Source: Dehalococcoidia bacterium (GTDB lineage: Bacteria; Chloroflexota; Dehalococcoidia; Lucifugimonadales; UBA3495). From it: 64,000 nucleotides of DNA. Positions 43,663 through 52,714 of the stretch are shown in pieces (positions within the stretch are counted from its first letter, which is position 1; every line of letters begins with the position of its first letter). The DNA lies in the NCBI GenBank assembly GCA_963692995.1, contig OY843611.1, forward strand, positions 1,126,748 to 1,190,747, in the 5' to 3' direction. The translations under genes were made by a program, and so were the position numbers. The notes beneath the pieces are model-generated. The model searched no databases. It was not told where the DNA came from and saw only the letters and a list, made by a program, of their open reading frames with translations.

Positions 43663-45195
43663 CTAACCCAGCCCTCGAGCCCGATATTGCAGCGCTTCGG
43701 CCAAGTGCGCTGGCCCAATCCGTTCCGCTCCCGCCAGGTCGGCCACGGTGCGGGCCACCTTGACCACACGGTGCAACGCGCGAGCCGAAAGATCCAGCTG
43801 TTGGGAGGCTCTTTGCAGCAGCGCCGAGGCATCTTCCCGCAAGTCACAGTAGTCCCATATCCTGGAACCGGACAGCTCCGCATTAGACCTCCCTGGTTCG
43901 TCCCCATTCTTCGCGAACCGAGCTTCCTGAATTCCGCGGGCCGCAACCACCCGGTCCCGCACCTTTGCCGATGACTCGGCGACAGACTGCCCCAACAGGC
44001 TGTCGTACTCTACCGGCGGAACCTCCACGAAGATATCGATACGCTCCAGAAGTGGCCCACTGATTCGCCTCTGGTACCGCGCCAGCGCCGACGGACTGCA
44101 AACGCACTCCTTCCGCGGATGAGAGGCGTAGCCGCAGGGACAAGGATTCATCGCGCCCACCAGCATGAAACTGGCCGGGTAGGTCACCGTGCCGCTGACC
44201 CGTGTAATCGTCACCGTCTTGTCTTCCAGAGGCTGGCGCAGCGATTCCAATGCGGCGTGACCGAACTCCGGCAATTCGTCCAGGAACAGGACGCCCCGGT
44301 GACTCAGCGTGATCTCGCCTGGACGCAGCATCCGGCCTCCACCCACGAGACCGGCGTTTGATATGGTGTAATGCGGCGCCCGGAACGGTCGCTGGGCGAC
44401 GAGCGGGCTGTCCGGCGGCAGGTTGCCGCTGACGCTGTAGATCTTGGTGACGTCCAGCGCTTCATCTGTGCTCAGGTAAGGCAGGATGCCCGGCAGCCCC
44501 CTCGCCAGCAGTGTCTTGCCCGAACCGGGCGGACCGCTGAGCAGGATGTTATGAAACCCGGCGGCGGCAACCTCCAGCGCCCGTTTGGCGTGGTCTTGCC
44601 CTCTGATGTGGCGTAGATCGGTACTGTCCGGCTGCTGGCGATTGCCGTTGAGATATACCCCGCTACGGGGGAACGGCGCGATGGCGGCGTCACCCTGTAG
44701 GTGGGCCAGCAACTGCGCCAGTGTCTCCACCGGATAGACGGTCATGCCATCCACCAGCGCGGCCTCGGCGGCATCCACGGCCGGCACGTACACGCTGCGC
44801 ACGCCTTGGTCCCGCGCTACTGACACCATGGGCAAGATGCCGGCAGTGTGGCGCAAGCCGCCGTCCAGCGACAGCTCGCCAAGAAAGATCGCCGGCTCCG
44901 GCGTAGGCGGCGCCTGTCCGGTGCTGAACAGGATGCCAACTGCTATAGGCAGGTCGTAGGCTGGTCCGGCCTTCTTCAAATCGGCCGGCGCCAAGTTGAC
45001 GGTGATCCGTCGCATGGGAAACTCGCCGCCGCTGTTCCGCACGGCGGCGCGCACCCGTTCTTTCGCCTCCTGCACCGCAGTGTCGGGCAGGCCGACGATG
45101 TGAAACGCGGGCAGCCCCGGGGAAATATCCGTTTCCGCCTGGATGATCTGACCATCCAGTCCAATAACCGCGCACGTTTGAGCAGTTGCCAACAT
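43663..45195 (-). CDS. comM: Mg-chelatase-like ATPase ComM/YifB
   Basis: N-terminal Lon-protease-like region, GPPGSGKT, VLFLDELPEF, C-terminal HRVVKVARTVADLAG. Confidence 0.9.
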   Translation of the reverse strand: MLATAQTCAVIGLDGQIIQAETDISPGLPAFHIVGLPDTAVQEAKERVRAAVRNSGGEFPMRRITVNLAPADLKKAGPAYDLPIAVGILFSTGQAPPTPEPAIFLGELSLDGGLRHTAGILPMVSVARDQGVRSVYVPAVDAAEAALVDGMTVYPVETLAQLLAHLQGDAAIAPFPRSGVYLNGNRQQPDSTDLRHIRGQDHAKRALEVAAAGFHNILLSGPPGSGKTLLARGLPGILPYLSTDEALDVTKIYSVSGNLPPDSPLVAQRPFRAPHYTISNAGLVGGGRMLRPGEITLSHRGVLFLDELPEFGHAALESLRQPLEDKTVTITRVSGTVTYPASFMLVGAMNPCPCGYASHPRKECVCSPSALARYQRRISGPLLERIDIFVEVPPVEYDSLLGQSVAESSAKVRDRVVAARGIQEARFAKNGDEPGRSNAELSGSRIWDYCDLREDASALLQRASQQLDLSARALHRVVKVARTVADLAGAERIGPAHLAEALQYRARGLG

Positions 45196-45316
45196 TCCAA
45201 CCCCTCCACAAATTCGTTTTGATAGCCGTTTATTTCTTCGGCGTTCCTACTCTACCATTATCGAACTTGTGTTCGCCACTGCGGATCGTCAGCAAAAATC
45301 CTCACCCTCAATCCCT

Positions 45317-45345
45317 TTGCCATTACTGGACGCCTAAACTATACT
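45317..45345 (+). promoter_or_regulatory. Sigma70-like promoter giving a (near-)leaderless mRNA for 45352-46179
   Basis: TTGCCA (45317-45322), 17-nt spacer, TATACT (45340-45345). The ATG is at 45352 and there is no SD. Confidence 0.4.
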
Positions 45346-45351
45346 CTTCCC

Positions 45352-46179
45352 ATGGACCTCCAGTTTGAAATCGGCGATTCCCGGCGACCTCGGGGCCACG
45401 CCCTGCTGTATTTCCGCGTTGACACCGAGCCAGACCGCGTGTATGGCACATACATCATTACCCTGCCCATTACTGCGGACCTGACCAAGTACGTGCCTCC
45501 CTTCCTGGCCGCTCATCTGGGTAGCGGCGGATCGGGCCCGCTGGCAAATTTCTCCGCCTTCGCCATGCCCCCGATGTCGGAGTTGGTGGAAGGCGGGTAC
45601 GATCACCTGGTGCGCCTCGCCAACCGGCGTGACGACGACCTGGTGTATGGTGGCAATATGTTCTCCTATGACCTGGCCCGCATGATGGAATCCGTGGCCC
45701 AGGCAGTGCAGGAATACTTCGATGCCTGCTCCCGGGCCGACCCCGGCGCGGGCGCCTTATCCGTCCCGGCCGATGACGCGGCCCGGCCGGAAGCCCTTTC
45801 GGCCCCGCTGGCCGGTGAAGAGGATTCCCCGGAGGCTGATACCGGCGGCCTGGGTGTCAACGAGGTGCTCTGGAGCTTTATGAGCCAAGGCGACCGACTG
45901 GCCGAGATGGGGCGGCTCCTCGGCCGGCTGCGCTTCGCCCAGGAAGGCAACGATGACCCGGCCATTGCGGAAATCATCGCCGAAATGACCGCTCTGGGAC
46001 GTCACCTGCCCGAAGAGTTCAACATCGGTTCATTGGTGAACGTCGCCGGGGATACCAGCCCCCACGGAGCGCAACTGGCCCAACTGTACCTGGACCGCTG
46101 CTACCGTCTGTCCTCCGGCGACACCGAGCAGGTACGCCGCATCGACGAGGCGATCCGTAACCTGGAACGGCGGGGATAG
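45352..46179 (+). CDS. Conserved-looking hypothetical protein (275 aa)
   Basis: Long ORF with balanced composition. Confidence 0.7.
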   Translation: MDLQFEIGDSRRPRGHALLYFRVDTEPDRVYGTYIITLPITADLTKYVPPFLAAHLGSGGSGPLANFSAFAMPPMSELVEGGYDHLVRLANRRDDDLVYGGNMFSYDLARMMESVAQAVQEYFDACSRADPGAGALSVPADDAARPEALSAPLAGEEDSPEADTGGLGVNEVLWSFMSQGDRLAEMGRLLGRLRFAQEGNDDPAIAEIIAEMTALGRHLPEEFNIGSLVNVAGDTSPHGAQLAQLYLDRCYRLSSGDTEQVRRIDEAIRNLERRG

Positions 46180-46186
46180 GCGAAAA

Positions 46187-47116
46187 CTATTCCCGCGCGG
46201 CTTCCGCTTTGGCGCGAGGGTGACTGCGGTCGTATTCCTCGCGTACATGGGAGTCGGTGAGGTGAGTGTACACCTGCGTCGTGGATATGCTGGAGTGGCC
46301 CAGCAACTCCTGCACATGGCGCAGCGACGCCCCATTCTGTAGCAGGTGGGTGGCGAAACTGTGCCGCAGGGTGTGTGGGGTAATCTTAGGATCGAGGCCC
46401 GCGGCTTTGGCTGTAGTCTTCAGAATGTTCCAAACCCACTGACGGGTCAGCCGCTCGCCGCGCTGATTGAGGTAAAGTGCCGTTTCACCACCCTTCTGCC
46501 CCAATAGTTCCACCCGCGCGCCTCCGATATACTCCCGCAGGTTCGAGAGAGCATCCGGGTACAGATAAACGATCCGTTCCTTGGCCCCCTTGCCCCAGGT
46601 GCGGATAAATCCCTCTTCAAAGTCCGTATCCTGCACGTTAAGGGCAACCAGCTCGCTGACCCGCAACCCGGTGGCGTACAGCAGCTCCAGAATGCTCGCA
46701 TCCCGTTTCCCTTCCGGAGTCCCAGTGTCGGCCGACGTGGTCAGCAACTTTTTCACGTCATCCTCAGAGATGAACTTCGGCACCGACCTTCCCACCCGGG
46801 GCGAACCCAGGTTTTCGGTGGGATCTTCGCTGATGAACTTGTTGGCGCTCAGATAGCCGAAAAACGAACGCACCGCCGCCACCTTGCGCGCTGTGGTGGT
46901 ATCCCGGTACTTGCGGTTGTCGCGCAACTCGCTGATGTAGGCGTTGAGCAGATTGATGTCCACCAGACGCCAGGCCTCCTGGTCCTCGGAGTTCAGGCTG
47001 TCGGCGACGAATTCCCGAAACTGGTTCAGGTCGTTGCTGTAGGCGTCCAGCGTGTTTTGCGAAAACCCACGCTCAACAACCAGATGCTGTAGGAAGGAGT
47101 TCACCGTTTGCTTCAT
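46187..47116 (-). CDS. XerC/XerD-family tyrosine recombinase
   Basis: LVVERGFSQNTLDAYSNDL N-terminus. ATGLRVSEL, HTLRHSFATHLL, LGHSSISTTQVYTHL. Confidence 0.85.
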   Translation of the reverse strand: MKQTVNSFLQHLVVERGFSQNTLDAYSNDLNQFREFVADSLNSEDQEAWRLVDINLLNAYISELRDNRKYRDTTTARKVAAVRSFFGYLSANKFISEDPTENLGSPRVGRSVPKFISEDDVKKLLTTSADTGTPEGKRDASILELLYATGLRVSELVALNVQDTDFEEGFIRTWGKGAKERIVYLYPDALSNLREYIGGARVELLGQKGGETALYLNQRGERLTRQWVWNILKTTAKAAGLDPKITPHTLRHSFATHLLQNGASLRHVQELLGHSSISTTQVYTHLTDSHVREEYDRSHPRAKAEAARE

Positions 47117-47460
47117 CTTCTCCACCACTGGGCCGCTTGGCCGCGCCCGGATACTCGGTGCCACGGCGCTTTGGCCCCTTTGAGGCATCATTGTTCTACA
47201 ATGACGGGATTAGGGCATACTGGAGATCAAGCGAGATTCGGCGATTTCTTGATGGCAGGATGCCGAAAACCCCAATCCATGCCGGCAACCGGTTACGCCG
47301 GTGCAACAGTCGAGCCGCTGCTGCTGCCGATTCTCCGGCAACTTGCCGGGCTCCCCGGCGCAGCAGGGCGATTATCCAAGATAATATAATCCCGGTCACC
47401 AGCATCCCGGTCACCAGCATCCCGCCAATCCAGCATCCCGCCAATCCAGGGGCAACCCGA

Positions 47461-47700
47461 ATGAATCCTTTCATCATCCTGTCCGTTCTCCCCCAAACCG
47501 GCAGCGAGCCGGCCCGTCTGTCCTTCCTGGCCTACTTGGACGTGTGGCTAATTAGCGGTCTAGTCCTGCTGGCCGTCGTCGTCGTGGTTGGCAAGTGGCT
47601 GTGGGGAAGGCTGCGCCGCCGCCCGGAAGACGACAGTGCGTACCGCTATGAGGATGAGGAATACTACGCGGACGACGACTATTACTCCGAAAACAGGTGA
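47461..47700 (+). CDS. Small single-pass membrane protein with acidic Tyr/Asp-rich tail
   Basis: ATG 47461. LISGLVLLAVVVVVG TM segment. YEDEEYYADDDYY tail. Confidence 0.45.
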   Translation: MNPFIILSVLPQTGSEPARLSFLAYLDVWLISGLVLLAVVVVVGKWLWGRLRRRPEDDSAYRYEDEEYYADDDYYSENR

Positions 47701-47771
47701 TTTGGTCTCGTACCGGCCCAAAACCTAATCGCCTGTTGCCTGCTTGACACTGGCCGCAGCGCTGACTACGC

Positions 47772-48776
47772 TTGCGTGATGTGCCGTCAAGCGCTAACCG
47801 CAAGTTCGGCAGTCTGACTATGCCTGACGCCCAACCGCAACGGATAAGCGTAGATCGCTCCGATGTTTTTGCGGGAGATTGCTTGACGCTGATCCCAAAA
47901 CTGCCTGACGCCAGCGTTGACGTGATAGTCACCAGCCCGCCCTATTGGGGTCAGCGCTCCGCCGGTGGCGGGCTGGGCAACGGCACGGAAGAAGACCCCA
48001 GGGAATACCTCGCTTTCCTGGAGACGGTATTCGCGGCCCTGCTGCCCAAGCTGAAGCGGCACGGCATTGTGTGGCTCAACTTGGGCGATGCCTACAACAC
48101 GCCCGTGAATTGGGGAGCTAAAGATTACAAGTACAGCTCCCTGGGGGCCGACAAGAACGGTTTCTCGCCCGACAACGCGGCCTATACCAAACCGCGTTTC
48201 AGGCGCAAGGCATTTGTGGACAAAACGACCGGCTGGTTGCAGTACGGCAATCTGTTGATGTTGCCCCAACGCTTGCTGATGGCGCTCGCTGAATCGGGGT
48301 ATCTGTATCGTGGCGAAGTAATCTGGGCCAAGAAGAACCCGATGCCGGAAGGGCGCTGCCGCCGGCCGCACCGCAAGCACGAGTCCATATATCTGCTGGC
48401 CAAAGATGAACATCATTCGTTCCGCGCCGCGCCGCCGGTGCCCAGCATATGGGAATTCGCCAACGAGCACATTTCCGGGCTACAGCACCGCTCCCGATTC
48501 CCCATAGAACTGCCCAAACGCTGCATTGAAGCTTACGGTCAAAGCGGTAGCCGCGTAGTCGTGTTAGACCCTTTCTCCGGTTCCGGGTCAACCGGTATAG
48601 CGGCTCTGCGGCTGGGCTGCACTTACATCGGGTTCGAGATTGATTCGGAGCAGGTTACGGAATCAAGGAGAAGGTTGGCGCAGATTTGCGAACAGCAAAA
48701 CCTTAACTCCGGTGAGGCAGGCGGCGTCGCAATGCCGAAATCAAAAATTGCGAAAAATGGTCGTCTGGGTTTGTAA
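47772..48776 (+). CDS. Beta-class DNA methyltransferase (N4-C or N6-A), Type II R-M
   Basis: VIVTSPPYWGQR (motif IV) precedes DPFSGSGSTGIAA (motif I). Confidence 0.85.
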   Translation: MRDVPSSANRKFGSLTMPDAQPQRISVDRSDVFAGDCLTLIPKLPDASVDVIVTSPPYWGQRSAGGGLGNGTEEDPREYLAFLETVFAALLPKLKRHGIVWLNLGDAYNTPVNWGAKDYKYSSLGADKNGFSPDNAAYTKPRFRRKAFVDKTTGWLQYGNLLMLPQRLLMALAESGYLYRGEVIWAKKNPMPEGRCRRPHRKHESIYLLAKDEHHSFRAAPPVPSIWEFANEHISGLQHRSRFPIELPKRCIEAYGQSGSRVVVLDPFSGSGSTGIAALRLGCTYIGFEIDSEQVTESRRRLAQICEQQNLNSGEAGGVAMPKSKIAKNGRLGL

Positions 48777-49827
48777 AGTCGCATACAAATATCCGAGCTT
48801 CTGCATCGCTATCTTCCGGTGTAGGTATCGTATTGCGGTTGTAGGAAAAGCAGGCCGAGAAGTGACCATGTTCCTCGAAGTCTCGCCGTTTGTCGCTCAG
48901 TTGGTCATCATCAACATCCCCAAACTCACCTCGATTGACTGGTCGCGCTGCCGGGAAACTCTTGGCATCCATAGTCCAAAACACGGAAAGATAATCGGCT
49001 GCTATCAATGCCTGGCTCAATGGCACGTCATCGGTGCGCCTTTCGGCAATGCTGGCTTTCACATGAACCACGCCCAACAACCTTTTCACATCGTCGGCAT
49101 CATAGCAAAGCAGTATATCGGCTTTATCAGGAACGATACGGGGATCGTCAATCCGGCCCAGGAGCGCGGCTTTTTCGGCTTTGCTGCCTACCTTGATGGA
49201 TAGGCCCTTACCGATAAGGAATGGTTGGTAATGCGCTACCAAGACTCGCTCCAAAGCCCACCCGCTTGTTCGTTTCCAGCTTTGTTCCAAATTGAGTCTG
49301 GCATTAGCGTTGGGGTGATTAGAACGGTCGCAATAAGCGCGATTGACCAAAAACGTCCACAGGTCGGATGGGTTGGCATCCGGCCATGTTTGTACTGCGG
49401 TCAGAAACGTCTCCGCTACCGCGTCGGCTCGCCTGCTACCGGATGCTAATCCGTTGTTGAGTACGCTCAGAACTTGGTTGAATTGCGGTAGGGTCGCCCC
49501 TTCCAATTGATACTCCGCATCGTATCGGTCATATTTGAACCTGATTAGCAATCCATTATTTGTGGCCATGGCCACAATACCATCCGCTAGATATTGCATC
49601 CCAACACCATCGCCAACGCCATCGAACAGATGACCCGGCGCAACCCCCAGCACCGACGCCAACCGCAAAATTGCGGTCAGAGCCGGGTTGCGCTCCCCAC
49701 GCTCAATGCCGCCGATGTACGACCTATCCAACCTCGCAGCCTCAGCAAGACTCTCCTGCGTCACTCCGAGAGATTCGCGTAATAGCCGAACATTGCTGCC
49801 GAATAACAGTTTGCCAGAGTCGTCCAT
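48703..49827 (-). CDS. Putative Type II restriction endonuclease fused to an N-terminal XRE-type HTH
   Basis: N-terminus LRESLGVTQESLAEAARLDRSYIGGIERGERNP. PD-(D/E)xK-like PDKADILL...VVHVKAS. Lower GC. Convergent 74-nt overlap with the methylase gene. Confidence 0.65.
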   Translation of the reverse strand: MDDSGKLLFGSNVRLLRESLGVTQESLAEAARLDRSYIGGIERGERNPALTAILRLASVLGVAPGHLFDGVGDGVGMQYLADGIVAMATNNGLLIRFKYDRYDAEYQLEGATLPQFNQVLSVLNNGLASGSRRADAVAETFLTAVQTWPDANPSDLWTFLVNRAYCDRSNHPNANARLNLEQSWKRTSGWALERVLVAHYQPFLIGKGLSIKVGSKAEKAALLGRIDDPRIVPDKADILLCYDADDVKRLLGVVHVKASIAERRTDDVPLSQALIAADYLSVFWTMDAKSFPAARPVNRGEFGDVDDDQLSDKRRDFEEHGHFSACFSYNRNTIPTPEDSDAEARIFVCDFTNPDDHFSQFLISALRRRLPHRS

Positions 49828-49898
49828 AGCGGGTTATTCTGTTGCCGCAAACATTTAGTGTCTAGCGACTAATCGTATCATTCGGAGGGACCCGGATC

Positions 49899-51074
49899 AT
49901 GTACGACCTGCTCATCAAAGGCGGTACGGTAATTGACCCAACGCAGAACCTGAACGGCCCCTGCGACGTCGCCATCGCAGACGGCAAAATTGCCGCCGTC
50001 GCCGCCGACATTCCGGCCGACCAGTCGGCCCGGGTCGTTGAGGTGCGCGGCAAATACGTCATCCCCGGCCTCATCGACCTGCACACCCACGTGTACGAGG
50101 GAGTCAACGGCAACGGCGTCAACGCCGACCTGGGCGGCGTCCGCGCCGGCGTGACCACCATGGTAGACGCCGGCAGCAGCGGCTGCGATACCTACGGCGG
50201 CTTCCCGGCCCACATCATCCCCAACAACGCCACTGAGATCATTCCCTTCCTGCACATCTGCCGCACCGGGCTGGCCACCACCCCCGACATCTTCTCCCCA
50301 AGCAGCATCGACCTGGAACGCACCATACAGGTCATCGAGGAGAGCAACGGCGCCATCCGTGGCGTCAAGGCCCGCATGGTTTCTCCGGCCCTGGAGATCA
50401 TGGGCATGGAGATGCCCCGCCTGGCCAAACGCGCCGCCAAGGAAGCCGGCGTCCCCCTGATGGTGCACATCGGCGATACCGAAAAACGCTATCCTGCCGA
50501 GGTAATCCGCGACCTGCTGCCTATCATGGAGCCGGGCGACATCGTGACCCACTTCTTCACCGCCAACCCCGGCGGCGTGCTAGACAGCGACGGCAACCTG
50601 GTGCCCGAGGCCAGAGAGGCCCACGAGCGCGGCGTCTGGCTCGACACCGCCCACGGACGCGCCAACTTCAGCTTCGACATCGGCGAGCGGGTCCTGGACC
50701 AGGGCGTGGAACCCCACTGCATCAGCACCGACCTCACCGTGCCGGGCCGCATCCGCACCGTCCACAGCATGACCGAGATGATGACCCGCTTCCTGGCTAT
50801 GGGCTTCACTCTCGAGCGGGTAGTCGAGATGTGTACCATCAACCCGGCCCGCGCCATCGGCGAAGCGGCCCGACTTGGCAGCCTGGAAACTGGCAAGCAG
50901 GCCGATCTCTCCGTGCTGAACATCCAGGACGGCGACTGGGTGGTGTACGACGTCCTCGGCAATGGGCGCAACTCCGACCGGGCCGTAGTGCCGGTAATGT
51001 CGGTCAAGCGCGGCGAAGTGTACGAAGCCGGCTGGGGCCCCCGACCCTGGGGCTGGCAGCCGGATGCGGCCTAG
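49899..51074 (+). CDS. Amidohydrolase-superfamily metallo-hydrolase (dihydroorotase/deacylase-like)
   Basis: DLLIKGGTVIDP...VIPGLIDLHTHVY. Confidence 0.8.
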   Translation: MYDLLIKGGTVIDPTQNLNGPCDVAIADGKIAAVAADIPADQSARVVEVRGKYVIPGLIDLHTHVYEGVNGNGVNADLGGVRAGVTTMVDAGSSGCDTYGGFPAHIIPNNATEIIPFLHICRTGLATTPDIFSPSSIDLERTIQVIEESNGAIRGVKARMVSPALEIMGMEMPRLAKRAAKEAGVPLMVHIGDTEKRYPAEVIRDLLPIMEPGDIVTHFFTANPGGVLDSDGNLVPEAREAHERGVWLDTAHGRANFSFDIGERVLDQGVEPHCISTDLTVPGRIRTVHSMTEMMTRFLAMGFTLERVVEMCTINPARAIGEAARLGSLETGKQADLSVLNIQDGDWVVYDVLGNGRNSDRAVVPVMSVKRGEVYEAGWGPRPWGWQPDAA

Positions 51075-51129
51075 CCAGCCATCGCTCTACCCAAACCGTA
51101 GCGGCAACCCTTGTGGAGACCTATCGATC

Positions 51130-52050
51130 ATGGTTGAAGTAGTCCTCAGTTCCCCCCGCGGCTTTTGCGCCGGTGTGGTGCGGGCCATCGATGTGGTGGA
51201 GCAATGCCTGGAGCGGTTCGGCCCGCCGGTGTACGTCAAGCACCAGATCGTGCATAACCCCTACGTGGTCGCAGAGTTAGAGCGCAAGGGCGCCATTACG
51301 GTGGCGGAGGTCGACGAGATTCCCGACGGCTCGCTGGTAGTGTTCTCCGCTCACGGCTCACCGCCCGAAGACTTCGAGCGTGCCGCCTCACTGAACCTGC
51401 GCGTCATCGACGCCGTGTGCCCGCTGGTCACTCGCGTGCACAACGAGGCCAAGAAGTACCACCGCGAAGGCCGGCGCGTCTTGCTGGTGGGCCACCAGGG
51501 ACACCAGGAAGTGCGTGGCACCATGGGACAAGCCCCCATGACCTTGATCAACGACACCGCGCCCCTGTCGGAACAGGCGGCCACTGCCGAGATAGACTGG
51601 GCCAGCGACACCGAGGTGGCTGTCATCACTCAGACGACCTTATCGGTAGGCGATACGGCCAGCGCCATCGGAGCCATCCGGGAAAAGTTTCCCGCCGCAC
51701 TGGTGCGTAACGACATCTGCTACGCCACTACCAACCGCCAGGATGCCGTAACCAGAATGGCCAGCCAAGTTGACCTGGTGCTGGTCATCGGGGCGCAGAA
51801 CTCATCCAATTGCAACCGCCTGCGGGAAGTGGCCGAGGCCAACGGAGCGCCGGCCTACCTCATCAACGGCCCCGACGAAATCAACCGGAAGTGGTTAACC
51901 GGATGCCAACAGGTGGGTATAACCTCCGGCGCGTCCACGCCGGAGGTGCTGGTGGAGGCAGTGATTGCCGCGTTAAATCCGGAGCGGGTGACGCTGTTGG
52001 AAGGGGCCGAGGAAGACATTACCTTTACCCTGCCGAAAGAACTGCGATGA
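51130..52050 (+). CDS. ispH: 4-hydroxy-3-methylbut-2-enyl diphosphate reductase
   Basis: PRGFCAGVVRAI, FSAHG, DAVCPLVT, ICYATTNRQ, SSNCNRL. Confidence 0.9.
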   Translation: MVEVVLSSPRGFCAGVVRAIDVVEQCLERFGPPVYVKHQIVHNPYVVAELERKGAITVAEVDEIPDGSLVVFSAHGSPPEDFERAASLNLRVIDAVCPLVTRVHNEAKKYHREGRRVLLVGHQGHQEVRGTMGQAPMTLINDTAPLSEQAATAEIDWASDTEVAVITQTTLSVGDTASAIGAIREKFPAALVRNDICYATTNRQDAVTRMASQVDLVLVIGAQNSSNCNRLREVAEANGAPAYLINGPDEINRKWLTGCQQVGITSGASTPEVLVEAVIAALNPERVTLLEGAEEDITFTLPKELR

Positions 52051-52063
52051 GAAAAGAGTGGCC

Positions 52064-52660
52064 TCACCGGCTTATCGAATAGCCGTTGCGGATGTAAGTG
52101 TAGGCAACCTTTTGACGCGCCGCGTTATCCGCAAAGTGAGCGGTAAAATCGGCGCCTACTACCGCTGGCCTTACCTCGCGTCCCAGTAGCCGCGTCAGCA
52201 GGTCGGCTTTTTGGGCGGCCCGTTCAATATCGTCAGGGCCGGCGGTGAAGGAAACTTCAACGGCGTACAGTACCGGAGCTCCACTGCTATCCGAACCTTC
52301 CAACAGAAAATCTATAGATTCGGCTCGATCAGCCTCTAACCTGGTAATAGACTGATTTCGCCGGCCTTGGCTGACATAGTACCGCAGCTCGCTGGCAGGA
52401 TAGATACGCAGCAGTTCGCCGTCGCTGAGCCTGGTGAAGACCTGCCCGGCGCGGCGTTCCACCGCCAGCTCGGTTTGCCAGCCTTTGGTTATGGCCATAT
52501 CATCCTTCATATTGGCCATATCACCCTTCATGTTAGCCGTATCACCCTTCATGTTGGCCATATCATCTTTCATGTTGGCCATATCATCCGCCAACCCGGA
52601 TACGATGCGCTCGATGCGCTCAAGGCGGTCTGAATCGGATCCCGGTGTAGCGTTGGTCAT
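52064..52660 (-). CDS. Coiled-coil tandem-repeat protein with PD-(D/E)xK-like C-terminal domain (third paralogue)
   Basis: DDMANMK heptads. C-terminus IDFLLEG...LYAVEVSFT. Confidence 0.75.
   Translation of the reverse strand: MTNATPGSDSDRLERIERIVSGLADDMANMKDDMANMKGDTANMKGDMANMKDDMAITKGWQTELAVERRAGQVFTRLSDGELLRIYPASELRYYVSQGRRNQSITRLEADRAESIDFLLEGSDSSGAPVLYAVEVSFTAGPDDIERAAQKADLLTRLLGREVRPAVVGADFTAHFADNAARQKVAYTYIRNGYSISR
52494..52592. repeat. In-frame 21-bp tandem repeat (~4.7 units)
   Basis: GCCATATCA(T/C)C(C/T)TTCATGTTG units. Confidence 0.9.
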
Positions 52661-52714
52661 GGTTCCCCGGCACTATTGGAGGCTGGATGACATTATAGCG
52701 GGCGCTCAAACCCG

